From assembly GCA_050874505.1 (NCBI GenBank), contig JBNMKU010000003.1, positions 1,115 through 65,114 on the forward strand: a DNA stretch of 64,000 bases, given 5' to 3'. Below are positions 38,559 to 48,915 of this stretch, in pieces. The notes under the pieces are model-generated. The model searched no databases. It was given only the letters and a program-made list of their open reading frames with translations, and was not told where the DNA came from. Numbering within the stretch: position 1 is the stretch's first letter; each line of letters opens with the position of its first letter. The position numbers and the translations under genes are program-made. The DNA is from Roseburia sp. GTDB taxonomy: Bacteria > Bacillota > Clostridia > Lachnospirales > Lachnospiraceae.

Positions 38559-39629
38559 CTAGGAATAATTTTTATTCTGCCAGTCCGGATCATCCATCAT
38601 ACGCAGCAGATTCTTCCCGGTAACCCTGCCCAGATTATATTTCGGATGTATGGCCGATAAAACCTTTACCTTCGCATCCTGACGCAGCTCTGCATCATCA
38701 AAAGACACAAGCGAAACATCTTCCGGCACATGCAGTCCACGTTCTTCCAGAAAATCCATATAATATCCGGCAATCTCATCGTTATACAGGATCATTGCGG
38801 TGCAGTCCTTCGTCCGGCGATACATCCGGGTAAGCCCCTTTTTACTCAGCTTTTCTTCCATATCCTTGGTGGAATACCAGCGTATATAATCATCATCGAA
38901 CTTCACACCATAATCTGACAGGCATTCCACAAAACCCCTGTAACGCTCGATTCCCTGCATGTCATCATACTTGAACATGCCGCCGATCCGACGATGTCCG
39001 TTCTGGATCAGTATCTCGGTCACTTTGTATGCCGCCCGCGCATCTGACATCTCCACACTGTCAAATTTCAGATTCTGGTAATGATTATGGATAAATAACG
39101 TCGGTATGTTCCGTTTTCTTATCTCTTCGTATAAGCGGATATTGGGATTGGGGAAACTGGAACGCGTCCCCTCAATGATCAGACCGGAAACATTTTTGTT
39201 TAGCAGCCCTTCCAGATATACCACTTCATCATTCAGACGGTTTTTGGTTACAGCTACATCGATCTCGTAGCCTGCCTCCTTTAAAACAGAATCAATCCCA
39301 TCATAAACCCTCGGGAACAGATAATCGGAATAATAACTTAAGATCAGGCCGATCCGCGGTCTTTCCTCATCTTCGTTCTTATTTTCATAAGACACATAGG
39401 TACCGCTTCCCTTTACCCTGCTGATCAGTCCGTCTGCCTCTAATTGGTTTAAGGCAGTCCGGACTGTCTGTCTGGAATATCCAAACTTTTTTTGCAGGAC
39501 ATTTTCTGACGGAAATTTGTCATCGTTTTTTATGACTCCACTCGTGATCAGAGTCCGTCCCCAGTTGTATAGTTTTTGGTATTTCAGTAAATTCTGTTTC
39601 TCTGTCCCGATTTGTTTTGGCATATCCAT
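38559..39629 (-). CDS. GntR-LacI hybrid regulator (AraR-like), possibly truncated by a premature TAG
   Basis: PSEN..SRQTVR..KGSGTYV HTH plus sugar-binding domain (VPEDVSLVSFDD); frame stays open for 15 codons past the TAG. Confidence 0.85.
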   Translation of the reverse strand: MDMPKQIGTEKQNLLKYQKLYNWGRTLITSGVIKNDDKFPSENVLQKKFGYSRQTVRTALNQLEADGLISRVKGSGTYVSYENKNEDEERPRIGLILSYYSDYLFPRVYDGIDSVLKEAGYEIDVAVTKNRLNDEVVYLEGLLNKNVSGLIIEGTRSSFPNPNIRLYEEIRKRNIPTLFIHNHYQNLKFDSVEMSDARAAYKVTEILIQNGHRRIGGMFKYDDMQGIERYRGFVECLSDYGVKFDDDYIRWYSTKDMEEKLSKKGLTRMYRRTKDCTAMILYNDEIAGYYMDFLEERGLHVPEDVSLVSFDDAELRQDAKVKVLSAIHPKYNLGRVTGKNLLRMMDDPDWQNKNYS

Positions 39630-39656
39630 TTACCGCCTTCTGTCCTGTATTTTTGC

Positions 39657-40628
39657 CTACTTGATCACCTGTAATGACTGACGATCTGCGAACACTGCTA
39701 CGAAGATTAAGAATACGATTCCCTGTATTAACTGCATCATCTGTGTAGTAAAGCCCATCATGGTCAGTCCACTGTTCAATACAATGTAAAGAAGGGAACC
39801 TACAATGATATTCTCAAATCTGACTTTTGCACCACCGGAAATTGGCATTCCGCCTAATACCAATGCGATCAGGATCTGTGTCTCCAGCTGGTTACCACCG
39901 GAGGATGTGACAGAACCAACCTTGATTACATTGATAAATGCTGCAAATCCCGTGATCGCACCTGCTAATACATAGATCAAAAATTTCATACGGTCGGTGC
40001 GGATACCGGAAAACATTGCTGCTTTCTCGCCTGCTCCGATCGCTTTTAAATAAGTTCCAAACTTTGTGAAACGGAATGCGATAAATCCGATCACAAGGAC
40101 AACAATGGTACAGGTCATTTTCAGTGCTGTGCTGTCATAATTGATCAGCTTTGCGGAACCTGCTACCGGTGCGTTTGTGGTTAAATATTTGATAAATCCA
40201 CGGAACAGGAACATCGTACAGATTGTTACGATAAAGGATTTGATCTTGCGGTATACATAGAAGTAACCGTTTAATGCTCCGATCGCCGCTCCTGCTGCAA
40301 TACCACCCACGATCGCAAGTGGAATACTGATCTTGGATAACATACATACCACGATCGATGCGATTCCTAAGATGGAACCCTGTGAAAAATCAAGTCCGCC
40401 CATCGTCATAATGAAAAATACACCTGTTGCTGCAATCATCGTCACATATACCTGAGAAAGTACCAATGACAGATTTCCCATCATCCTGAAGTTTGTTAAT
40501 ACATTAAACAACAGGAAGATCACAACCAGCCCTACTATCGGCAGAAGTGAACGAATCATTGACATTTTTGATAGTTTTTTGAGCTCCTGCTCTTTCTGTT
40601 CTGTGTTTGTCTTTCCTTGATTCTCCAT
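39657..40628 (-). CDS. Monosaccharide ABC permease
   Basis: GGLDFSQG, SFIVT, AIGAGEKAA..SGI, VLGG. Confidence 0.9.
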   Translation of the reverse strand: MENQGKTNTEQKEQELKKLSKMSMIRSLLPIVGLVVIFLLFNVLTNFRMMGNLSLVLSQVYVTMIAATGVFFIMTMGGLDFSQGSILGIASIVVCMLSKISIPLAIVGGIAAGAAIGALNGYFYVYRKIKSFIVTICTMFLFRGFIKYLTTNAPVAGSAKLINYDSTALKMTCTIVVLVIGFIAFRFTKFGTYLKAIGAGEKAAMFSGIRTDRMKFLIYVLAGAITGFAAFINVIKVGSVTSSGGNQLETQILIALVLGGMPISGGAKVRFENIIVGSLLYIVLNSGLTMMGFTTQMMQLIQGIVFLIFVAVFADRQSLQVIK

Positions 40629-40638
40629 AACTGCCTCC

Positions 40639-42138
40639 TTATACCATCATCGTAATCAAGCTGTTTTCATTCAGATCCTGACTACGCTCCAGCTCGCCGC
40701 TGATCCTGCCATCTTTCATAATAATGATACGGTCACACATACCGATCAGCTCCATCAGCTCTTCGGAAATCATAATGATCGATTTACCATTCTTTCGCAT
40801 CTGGTTCATCAGCTGATAGATATCCTGTTTTACCTTGATATCAATGCCTCGTGTCGGGCTGTCTAAAACGACAATGTCAGAGTCTTTTCCGATCCATCTT
40901 GCCAGCACAACTTTCTGTTTGTTACCACCGGACAGATCAGATACAAACTGGTCAACATTTACCATTTTAACTGACATCTGTTTTGCGTACTGGTTTGCAA
41001 ATTCTTTCCGTTTTTTATCGCTTAACATATGTGCCTTATTGGACAGTTCATCCAGGGAAGGCAGGCAGATGTTATCTCCGATACTCTGGTTCAATACAAC
41101 CGATTCGTTATCACGGTCTTTGGATGTATATGCGATGCTGTGCCTGATCGCAGTCGGGATATCATTGATCTCAGTTCCGTCTGCCAATGTTACAGAACCT
41201 TCTCTGTCATAAGATGCTCCAAAAATAGCCTTGCCGATCTCGTGCATACCGGATTCGGAAAGTCCGCCAAATCCAAGCATCTCGCCTTTGTGAAGATCAA
41301 AGCTGACATCACTGATCAGTCCAGGTACTGTCACATTTTTAACAGATAAAACAACTTCATCTGATATCTTCTCGCCATAATCGGCACGGTAGTAGTCTCC
41401 GGTTACCTCACGTCCAACCATCAGACGTTTCAGATCATCTTCGGTCACATCCGAACTCTTTACGGTATCGATATAAACACCATCTCTTAAGATCGTGATC
41501 GTATCGGATTTTTCAAGGATCTCCGGAAGGTCATGTGAAATGAAGATAACGGAGTTTCCACTTTCACGGATATGGTTCATATGCTTATACAGTTCTTCAC
41601 GTCCTTCCTGTGAAAGTGCGGTTGTAGTCTCATCGATCACAACAATCTTTGGATCAAAATAAGTTGCCTTTACGATCTCTACTAATTTACGATCCTCGAA
41701 ATTGTAGTCATCGATGATGTCGGATGCCTTAATTCTGTCAAATCCGTATTTTTTCAGTAATTCTGTCGCTTTTTTGTTCATCGCATTGGTATTTTTGATC
41801 CCCATATGTACGAACTGATCCTCGTGTCCGAGGAAAATATTCTCTGCAACCGTCAGACCGGACAGAGTACCAAGCTCCTGCACGATAATGGAAACGCCCT
41901 CGTTGTTTGCTTCCACCTGATTTTTCGGATGGATCTCTTTTCCATCCAGAATAAAGGTTCCACTTCCGATACTGTAAATTCCGGTCAGCATGTTGGTCAG
42001 TGTTGATTTTCCGGAACCATTTTCCCCGATCAGTGCATGAACCTCTCCTTTATTTACATTAAAGGAAACATTCTGAACTGCCTTCGTAATACCGAAGGAC
42101 TTGCAAAGATTTTTTACCTGTAGTCTTACCTCGCTCAT
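40639..42138 (-). CDS. Monosaccharide ABC ATP-binding protein (double NBD)
   Basis: GENGSGKST, LSGGNKQKV, PTRGID. Confidence 0.93.
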   Translation of the reverse strand: MSEVRLQVKNLCKSFGITKAVQNVSFNVNKGEVHALIGENGSGKSTLTNMLTGIYSIGSGTFILDGKEIHPKNQVEANNEGVSIIVQELGTLSGLTVAENIFLGHEDQFVHMGIKNTNAMNKKATELLKKYGFDRIKASDIIDDYNFEDRKLVEIVKATYFDPKIVVIDETTTALSQEGREELYKHMNHIRESGNSVIFISHDLPEILEKSDTITILRDGVYIDTVKSSDVTEDDLKRLMVGREVTGDYYRADYGEKISDEVVLSVKNVTVPGLISDVSFDLHKGEMLGFGGLSESGMHEIGKAIFGASYDREGSVTLADGTEINDIPTAIRHSIAYTSKDRDNESVVLNQSIGDNICLPSLDELSNKAHMLSDKKRKEFANQYAKQMSVKMVNVDQFVSDLSGGNKQKVVLARWIGKDSDIVVLDSPTRGIDIKVKQDIYQLMNQMRKNGKSIIMISEELMELIGMCDRIIIMKDGRISGELERSQDLNENSLITMMV

Positions 42139-42156
42139 TGCATTTTCCTCCTCCGA

Positions 42157-43104
42157 TTATTTTACGATCTCACCCTTGTTGGCCTTGGTGGTCACGGTGA
42201 TGATGATTAACAGTGCAAGACCTGTAATAACGTCCTGAATAGCGGTTGGTGCTCCCAAAGCGATGAAACCAAAGAAAATGATATTGATAACAAATTCACC
42301 AATTACGATCGCCTGCAGAGGCATGCCGTATTTCTTGAATGCCAGTCCGAAGAAGCATCCCATGGTTGGTACGAAGTTACGGCTCATAGAAGCCATTCCG
42401 GTTACAGCTACCATGGAAGAACCATAGCTGATGGTCAGGATCGCCATGACACCTAAGAATGCTCCACTTAACATAAATGCCAGCACTTTGTATTTATTGA
42501 CATTAATACCCATGTTCTTGGCGACAAATTCGTTACTTCCGATCGCATAGGTATATGTTCCGATCTTGGTATAATTCAAGAAGATATAAGCAACCACGCA
42601 TGCGAGCAGTGCTAAGATAATATCCCATGGCATCTGTCCGAATGCACGTAAGTCTGATGGAAGTGTCTGCTCCACTCCACCTGCAATATAGTTTGCAACA
42701 GACTCATAAATAAGAGCCAGACCGGTTGTAACGATCATAGATGGAATACGGAGTTTTACATAGAAGATACCATTTAATAATCCAACGATGGTTCCTGTGA
42801 TGACACATCCAAGGATCAGTCCTGCATATCCCATGTTAAATCTGGTTGCCAGTACACATCCGGTAATGGCGGAAAGCATGATGTTGGCTCCAATGGAAAA
42901 GTCGAACATTCCCATAACCATTACAAAATAAAAACCAACTGCACCTACGGTCGCAATCAAGCTGGCCTGGAAGTAATTCAGCATATTTGAAAGCGATCCG
43001 AAGTTATGTGGTGTAAGTATTTTAAAAATCATCCAGGAAAGCACAACCAGAAATAGCAGAATCAGATATCCTTTTGCACTTCCCGACAGCTTTTTTGAAC
43101 CCAT
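42157..43104 (-). CDS. Monosaccharide ABC permease
   Basis: FDFSIG, IPSMIVT, YAIGSNE..A..GI. Confidence 0.9.
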   Translation of the reverse strand: MGSKKLSGSAKGYLILLFLVVLSWMIFKILTPHNFGSLSNMLNYFQASLIATVGAVGFYFVMVMGMFDFSIGANIMLSAITGCVLATRFNMGYAGLILGCVITGTIVGLLNGIFYVKLRIPSMIVTTGLALIYESVANYIAGGVEQTLPSDLRAFGQMPWDIILALLACVVAYIFLNYTKIGTYTYAIGSNEFVAKNMGINVNKYKVLAFMLSGAFLGVMAILTISYGSSMVAVTGMASMSRNFVPTMGCFFGLAFKKYGMPLQAIVIGEFVINIIFFGFIALGAPTAIQDVITGLALLIIITVTTKANKGEIVK

Positions 43105-43133
43105 ATTATCTACCTCATTTTCCTGCTTTTGAT

Positions 43134-43172
43134 AGGAGAGGCCGGTGTCGCCATGCGACGCCGACCTCCCTT
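43134..43172 (-). other. Intercistronic stem-loop after the binding-protein gene (mRNA stabiliser or partial terminator)
   Basis: GC-rich hairpin GGCCGGTGTCG-CCATG-CGACGCCGACC. Confidence 0.55.
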
Positions 43173-43194
43173 TAGTAACTTTATTCTTTACTTA

Positions 43195-44415
43195 TTAGTT
43201 TCCTGCACGGGATGCTGCATCCTCGATAGAAACTTTCTTAGCAGCTTCTTTTAAGCCGTCCATGTCAAGCTGTGACATTTCTACAAGTTCATCTGATGTA
43301 TATGGAAGCTGGTCTACGAAATATTTCTCGTATGAAGCATAGTCATCAGAAGATGATACATACAGGTATGGGAAAGCAACGTCCTCGAATTTTCCTTCAA
43401 ATCCTGAGTAGTTTCCTTTTACTGCGTTGTAAACCATCATGAATGCGATCAGTGGATCACAGTAATGTCCACCAGACTCACCAGCCATAGAACCGTTTGC
43501 AAGTCTGTCACCAAGGTCTGGAAGGAAGTCTGTAGATACGATATCGATATCCTGTGTTTTACCAGCACGTTCTACTGCTGCGATCGCACCCTGAAGTGGG
43601 TCACCGCCACCACCTGCCGGGATCAAAGCGTCAAGGTTAGGATCAGCTGCCATTAAAGCTTCTGCTGCTTTAGAACCACCTTCAGAAGTTGTACCTGCGT
43701 ACTGTGGCTCAGAAAGAGCTGCCTGATCGTCTGGATGGCTTTCGTTCCATTTGTCAACGCCTGCCTGATATCCTTCCCATCTTCCAAGCCAGGTAGCATC
43801 CCCCTGCTCCCAACCGATCAAACCGATGTTACGATCACCTTTTTCAAGGAGGATATTTACAAGAGCTTCACCATTTGCCGGCTCATCTTCATGTACGGCA
43901 CCGATGTAATATGGTGAGTCTTTTGCTGCCTGATAGATATCTGCGCTGTTCTCCTCACTGATGATACGGAAGAACTGTGCTAAATAAACTTTGTTATCAT
44001 TACATGTTTTGATTGCGGAAGTCATCTCTGTATCAGATGAGTTACAGATGATAATTCCCTGGCATCCTGCTGCAACCAACTGCTCAACAGATGCTGTAAC
44101 CTTCTCGGAAACGTGTCCCTGATCAACGTACTGAACCTGTACCCCTAAAGCTTCTGCCGCTGCATCAAGAATTAATTTACACTGAGAACCAAGTACGTCT
44201 GTGGAAGACCAGATGGAAACACCGATCTTAATATCGGAGTTGTCAACTGCTGCTGTTGTCTCTCCACCTGCTTCTGTTGTTCCAGAAGAACTGGAAGAGT
44301 CAGAAGAAGAAGTATTTGTTGTCCCCGCGTTACTGCCACAGGCTGACATCCCCACGACCATAGTCGCTGCCAGCATAGTAGCTGTGATTTTTTTGAAAAT
44401 TGTTTTCATTTTCAT
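43195..44415 (-). CDS. Sugar ABC substrate-binding lipoprotein (possibly arabinose/pentose)
   Basis: Lipobox MSAC, Ser/Thr linker, PBP type I fold; substrate inferred only from the AraR-like neighbour. Confidence 0.88.
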   Translation of the reverse strand: MKMKTIFKKITATMLAATMVVGMSACGSNAGTTNTSSSDSSSSSGTTEAGGETTAAVDNSDIKIGVSIWSSTDVLGSQCKLILDAAAEALGVQVQYVDQGHVSEKVTASVEQLVAAGCQGIIICNSSDTEMTSAIKTCNDNKVYLAQFFRIISEENSADIYQAAKDSPYYIGAVHEDEPANGEALVNILLEKGDRNIGLIGWEQGDATWLGRWEGYQAGVDKWNESHPDDQAALSEPQYAGTTSEGGSKAAEALMAADPNLDALIPAGGGGDPLQGAIAAVERAGKTQDIDIVSTDFLPDLGDRLANGSMAGESGGHYCDPLIAFMMVYNAVKGNYSGFEGKFEDVAFPYLYVSSSDDYASYEKYFVDQLPYTSDELVEMSQLDMDGLKEAAKKVSIEDAASRAGN

Positions 44416-44742
44416 GTTTCTTTCCTCCCTTTACATTATTGTTTGGTTATTTGTAAAAACCTTTTGTGATTTTCATTATAGTCAGTCAATTATTTTTGTG
44501 CAAGAAAGTACAAGAGAATTTTTAGTAAAAGTTGTATTGTTTTCTGTTATTTTCGTCATATCTTTTCTGTAGTTTACGCTTATTTTTGTGCATATATCCA
44601 ATATCTTGTGGGTCTTTCCCCACATTTTGCCGTCGATTTTGTGCTACATTTCTACTCAGCCACCCACTTTTGTGCATTCCCGTCTCCTGTTCCAATACAA
44701 CTTTTATATTTCATATTACCTGTACGTTATTTTCTATAGAGT

Positions 44743-44775
44743 AAAAAAACAGCAGCCGGAATACCGACTGCTGTT
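44743..44775 (-). terminator. pgi terminator
   Basis: AACAGCAG..CTGCTGTT stem with T run on the minus strand. Confidence 0.75.
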
Positions 44776-44801
44776 CGTGTTTTTACTTAATATGAATGAT
44801 A

Positions 44802-46382
44802 TTAGATGTTCAGTAAATCGCTGTATACTTTGAGTGCTCCCTCTGTCTCATGTGCAAGTACCCGTTTTGCCAGTACTTTTCCAAGCTGAACACCTTCCTG
44901 ATCGAAGCTGTTTACATTCCATAAAAAGCCCTGGAACATGATCTTGTTCTCGAAGTGTGCCAGTAATGCTCCAAGTGTCTTTGGATTTAACTGATCGCCG
45001 ATGATAATGCTGGATGGACGTCCACCCTCAAAGTTTTTATTGCGGTTCTCATCTGCTTTACCACAGGCAAATGCTACGATCTGTGCTGCTACGTTTGCGC
45101 AGAGTTTCTGCTGGCTTGTGCTGTCCTGGATCACAACATCTGTTCCGATCTGATTATTCTTAAATCCAATAAACTGAAGCGGTACGATGTCTGTTCCCTG
45201 ATGCAGTAACTGATAGAAAGAATGCTGTCCGTTTGTTCCTGGTTCACCGAAGATAACAGGACCTGTTGCATATTCTACCGGGTCGCCAAAACGATTGACT
45301 GATTTACCGTTAGACTCCATATCAAGCTGCTGTAAATGTGCCGGGAAACGGCTGAGTGCCTGTGAATATGGTAAAACGGCTGTGCTTGGATATCCAAGTA
45401 CATTACGCTCGTAAACACCGATCAGGGCATCTAACATTTCCGGGTTCTTTGTAATGTCTTTGTTTAAGGAAAGTTTGTCCTCTGCTGCTGCTCCATCCAG
45501 GAACTGTGCGAATACATCCGGTCCAAATGCCAGAGATAATACGGCACCACCAACGGCTGAAGTAGAAGAGAAACGTCCTCCGATGTAATCATCCATAAAG
45601 AATGCTGCCAGGTAATCGTCACTCTTTGCCAGTGGAGAGGTCTCACTGGTAACTGCGATCATATGCCTGGATGCCTCCAGTCCTGCTTTCTTTAACGCAT
45701 CTTTGACAAAAGACTCATTGGTCAGTGTCTCTAATGTGGTACCTGATTTGGAAACCAGTACGAAGATAGAATGTGCTACATCCGTTGCATTTAAAACTGC
45801 AGCTGCATCATCCGGGTCTACGTTGCTGATAAATTTTGCTTCCATTTTAAAGGTGTTGTTTTTCTTTGCCCAGTTTTCAAGTGCTAAATACATTGCACGA
45901 GGACCAAGGTCACTTCCACCGATACCGATCTGAACAACTGTGGTAAATTTCTCGCCTGCTGCATTGGTGATCTCGCCTGCATGTACTTTATTTGCAAATT
46001 CAGCGATCCGTTTCTGCTGCTCTACATAAAAGCTTCTTTTGTCAACACCATCTGCATTGACTGCGTTGCCAAGCTGGCCGCGTGTCATGTGATGAAGTAC
46101 CAGACGGTTCTCTCCGGTATTTACAACTTCGCCATTATAGAGTGCTTCGAATTTCTCGGATAACTGTGCTTCTTTGGCTAATTTATCAAGTGCTGCCAAT
46201 ACAGTGTCATCTACCTGTTTTGCTGCATAATTATATGCCAGTCCCTCTGCCATCGGAATGCTGTAATTTTTTACACGATCTGCGCCGTTCTCTCCGGACA
46301 TTACCTCTGCAAGGTTTACATTTGCAACCTTGGACAGTTCCTGAAAAGAAGTAAGGGTGTCTAAATTGTTCCAGGTAACCAT
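44802..46382 (-). CDS. pgi: Glucose-6-phosphate isomerase
   Basis: IGIGGSDLGP, SKSGTTLET, GGRFS, QQLDMESNGK, FDQEGVQLGK. Confidence 0.97.
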   Translation of the reverse strand: MVTWNNLDTLTSFQELSKVANVNLAEVMSGENGADRVKNYSIPMAEGLAYNYAAKQVDDTVLAALDKLAKEAQLSEKFEALYNGEVVNTGENRLVLHHMTRGQLGNAVNADGVDKRSFYVEQQKRIAEFANKVHAGEITNAAGEKFTTVVQIGIGGSDLGPRAMYLALENWAKKNNTFKMEAKFISNVDPDDAAAVLNATDVAHSIFVLVSKSGTTLETLTNESFVKDALKKAGLEASRHMIAVTSETSPLAKSDDYLAAFFMDDYIGGRFSSTSAVGGAVLSLAFGPDVFAQFLDGAAAEDKLSLNKDITKNPEMLDALIGVYERNVLGYPSTAVLPYSQALSRFPAHLQQLDMESNGKSVNRFGDPVEYATGPVIFGEPGTNGQHSFYQLLHQGTDIVPLQFIGFKNNQIGTDVVIQDSTSQQKLCANVAAQIVAFACGKADENRNKNFEGGRPSSIIIGDQLNPKTLGALLAHFENKIMFQGFLWNVNSFDQEGVQLGKVLAKRVLAHETEGALKVYSDLLNI

Positions 46383-46488
46383 AATCATTTCCTCCTACTA
46401 TTCCTAATTCCTACCTAACTAAATAATTTTTTAACAATCGAAAAAATTATACTATTAAATGCTGTTTAATTCAAGTGGAGCACGCCTG

Positions 46489-46518
46489 TATTTTCGCTTA
46501 TTTTCGCCTATTTTCGAC
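46489..46518. repeat. 3 x 10-bp tandem repeat upstream of the pgi promoter
   Basis: TATTTTCGCT-TATTTTCGCC-TATTTTCGAC; TTGAAT-N17-TATAAT at 46474-46446. Confidence 0.7.
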
Positions 46519-46520
46519 CA

Positions 46521-47924
46521 CTATTGAAAAATCAGATTCCAAAATCCGGTCGAGGATAAGAACAGGATGAGCATGACCACCGGTACGACATATCGTATCA
46601 TAAACGTATACAGTCTGGCTCGTCCGAAACGCTCTCCGTTTTTCTCCACCTCATCCACGATCCATTTCGGTCCGATGACCCAGCCGATCAGGATGCTGGT
46701 CAGCAATGAGATAAACGGCATCAAAAAACTGTTGCTGATATAATCCATCAGATCCAAAAGCTGTGCCGTAGAACCATTTGGCAGCGGCAGTTCAAAATAG
46801 AAGTAATTGTAGCCAAGACAAATAATGATTGCTGTGACAAGCGAATAAGTTCCCACCAGTGCACACATTTTCTTTCTGGTCTGATGAAAAATCTCCATAC
46901 AGTTTGCCACCAGTGTCTCCATGACCGATACACAGGAGGTCAGTGCCGCAAATCCAAGTGCCACGAAAAACGCGATCGCAACGATCCTTCCGACAACGCC
47001 CATCGCCTGAAAAACATTCGGCAAAGATACAAAGATCAGGCTCGGTCCCGATGCCATTCCCTCTTTTCCAAGGAACACATAGACCGCCGGTATGATCATC
47101 AGTCCTGCCAGAAATGCAACCGTGGTGTCAAACAGTTCGATCTGGTTTGTCGCCTTGTTTAGATCTACCTCATCTTTTACATAGGAGCCGTAAGTGATCA
47201 TAATTCCCATCGAAACGCTCAAAGAGAAAAATAACTGGCTCATTGCATCCAATAAAATCCCCAGAAATCCAGTCACAGTCAGCCCTGTTACATCCGGTTT
47301 TAAATATACCAGTAAACCCTGTAATCCGGTACGCACGGTTCCATCCGCATCCTCATGTGACAGAGTGAGCGAAAATATGGCAATGCCAATGATAAGAACA
47401 AGAAGCCCCGGCATGATATATTTCGACCATTTCTCAATGCCTTTTTCCACACCACAGTACACGATCCACGCGGTCAGTGCGAAAAATAACAGCATAAACA
47501 CGATCGGCGATACTTTTGACGTGATAAAAGAAGTAAAGTAGCCATCCTGCACTGCCTCACTTCCGTCCGACACCAGATACACCGTAAAATATTTTACGAT
47601 CCAGCCACCGATCACAGAATAATAAGTCATGATAAGAACCGGCACTAAAAATGTCAGATACCCTAAAAACTTCCATTTCGGATGAAGTGTCGCAAATGCC
47701 TTTAGCGCATTCTGTTTTGTCCGTCTTCCGATCGCGACATCCGTTGTCAGAAGTACAAATCCAAATGTAAGCACCAGTACCAGATAAACGATCAGAAACA
47801 GTCCTCCCCCGTCTTTTGCACATAAATAGGGAAATCTCCAGATGTTTCCCACACCTACCGCACTGCCTGCCGCAGCCAGGACAAAACCGATCGAGCCGGT
47901 AAAACTGCTCTTCTTTTTCTGCAT
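46521..47924 (-). CDS. Sodium-dependent transporter, NSS family
   Basis: GSAVGVGNIWRFPY, QLFFSLS, ITYGSY. Confidence 0.94.
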   Translation of the reverse strand: MQKKKSSFTGSIGFVLAAAGSAVGVGNIWRFPYLCAKDGGGLFLIVYLVLVLTFGFVLLTTDVAIGRRTKQNALKAFATLHPKWKFLGYLTFLVPVLIMTYYSVIGGWIVKYFTVYLVSDGSEAVQDGYFTSFITSKVSPIVFMLLFFALTAWIVYCGVEKGIEKWSKYIMPGLLVLIIGIAIFSLTLSHEDADGTVRTGLQGLLVYLKPDVTGLTVTGFLGILLDAMSQLFFSLSVSMGIMITYGSYVKDEVDLNKATNQIELFDTTVAFLAGLMIIPAVYVFLGKEGMASGPSLIFVSLPNVFQAMGVVGRIVAIAFFVALGFAALTSCVSVMETLVANCMEIFHQTRKKMCALVGTYSLVTAIIICLGYNYFYFELPLPNGSTAQLLDLMDYISNSFLMPFISLLTSILIGWVIGPKWIVDEVEKNGERFGRARLYTFMIRYVVPVVMLILFLSSTGFWNLIFQ

Positions 47925-48124
47925 AATTCCATTCTCCTTCTATTTCTACCCTCAGAATAGTTCTATGATACCAAATCCGCGCCCTTTGTGCCATAACTTC
48001 TTTCCTATTTTGAAGAATACTTCCTCCCCAAAATGTGTTATACTCTATGATAACAGGAAATCAACTCTGAAATGGAGGTTAGTGTGAAAAATAAGATTTT
48101 TCACACGCAAGAATGGAGGTTACT

Positions 48125-48892
48125 ATGAAACGAAAAACTGTATGGATCACCGGCGCAAGTTCCGGGATTGGAATGGAATTTGCCCGTATTTTTGCTTCAA
48201 AAGGATATCGGCTGATCTTGACTGCAAGACGGAAAGACCGTCTGGAAGCACTCTCGAAAAAGTTAGCTGTTCCAAGCCTGATCGTAACCGGCGATCTCTC
48301 CAAAGAAGAAGAATGTTACCGCATTTTTGACCTTTTAAAAGAAGAGCGGATCGATGTTTTCATCAATAATGCAGGTTTTGGAACCTGTGGCAAATTCCTA
48401 GATACGGATCTTGAAAAAGAGATCGATATGCTGCACGTCAACGTAGCTGCCATGCACATTTTATTTAAACTTGTTCTGCGTAAAATGCAGTCTGAGGGAA
48501 GGGGCACCATCCTAAATGTTGCTTCCTCTGCAGGGCTCCTGCCCGCAGGACCTTTTATGGCTGCCTACTACGCCAGCAAATCCTACGTTGTCAGCCTGAC
48601 AAGGGCAGTTGCAGAGGAATTGCGGCAGTCGAAAAGTCCTGTCTATGTATGTGCACTCTGCCCGGGACCAGTCAACACCGAATTCAGCGAACACGCAGAT
48701 GTTAAGTTTGCCTTAAACGGGATCTCTGCCGAATGTTGTGTCAGTGAAGCGTTCCGCGGCATGAAACAGAGGAAGACCATCATCGTACCAACGCCTCTGA
48801 TGCGCCTTGCCTGCACGGCGCAGAGACTGGTCCCATCCCAGATCCTGCTGCCGATCATAGCAAGACAGCAGAAAAAAAAGACAAGAAACTAA
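48125..48892 (+). CDS. Short-chain dehydrogenase/reductase
   Basis: TGASSGIG, NNAG, YYASK, PGPV. Confidence 0.93.
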   Translation: MKRKTVWITGASSGIGMEFARIFASKGYRLILTARRKDRLEALSKKLAVPSLIVTGDLSKEEECYRIFDLLKEERIDVFINNAGFGTCGKFLDTDLEKEIDMLHVNVAAMHILFKLVLRKMQSEGRGTILNVASSAGLLPAGPFMAAYYASKSYVVSLTRAVAEELRQSKSPVYVCALCPGPVNTEFSEHADVKFALNGISAECCVSEAFRGMKQRKTIIVPTPLMRLACTAQRLVPSQILLPIIARQQKKKTRN

Positions 48893-48915
48893 CTGATGTT
48901 TGAAAGGAAAACCCA

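Noticed and set aside
38559-38561. Pyrrolysine recoding of the TAG
   Set aside because: No pyl genes in the window; a nonsense mutation or error is simpler
47985-48012. MET box upstream of the NSS transporter
   Set aside because: ATAG-N8-TTAT has the wrong spacing and a poor match
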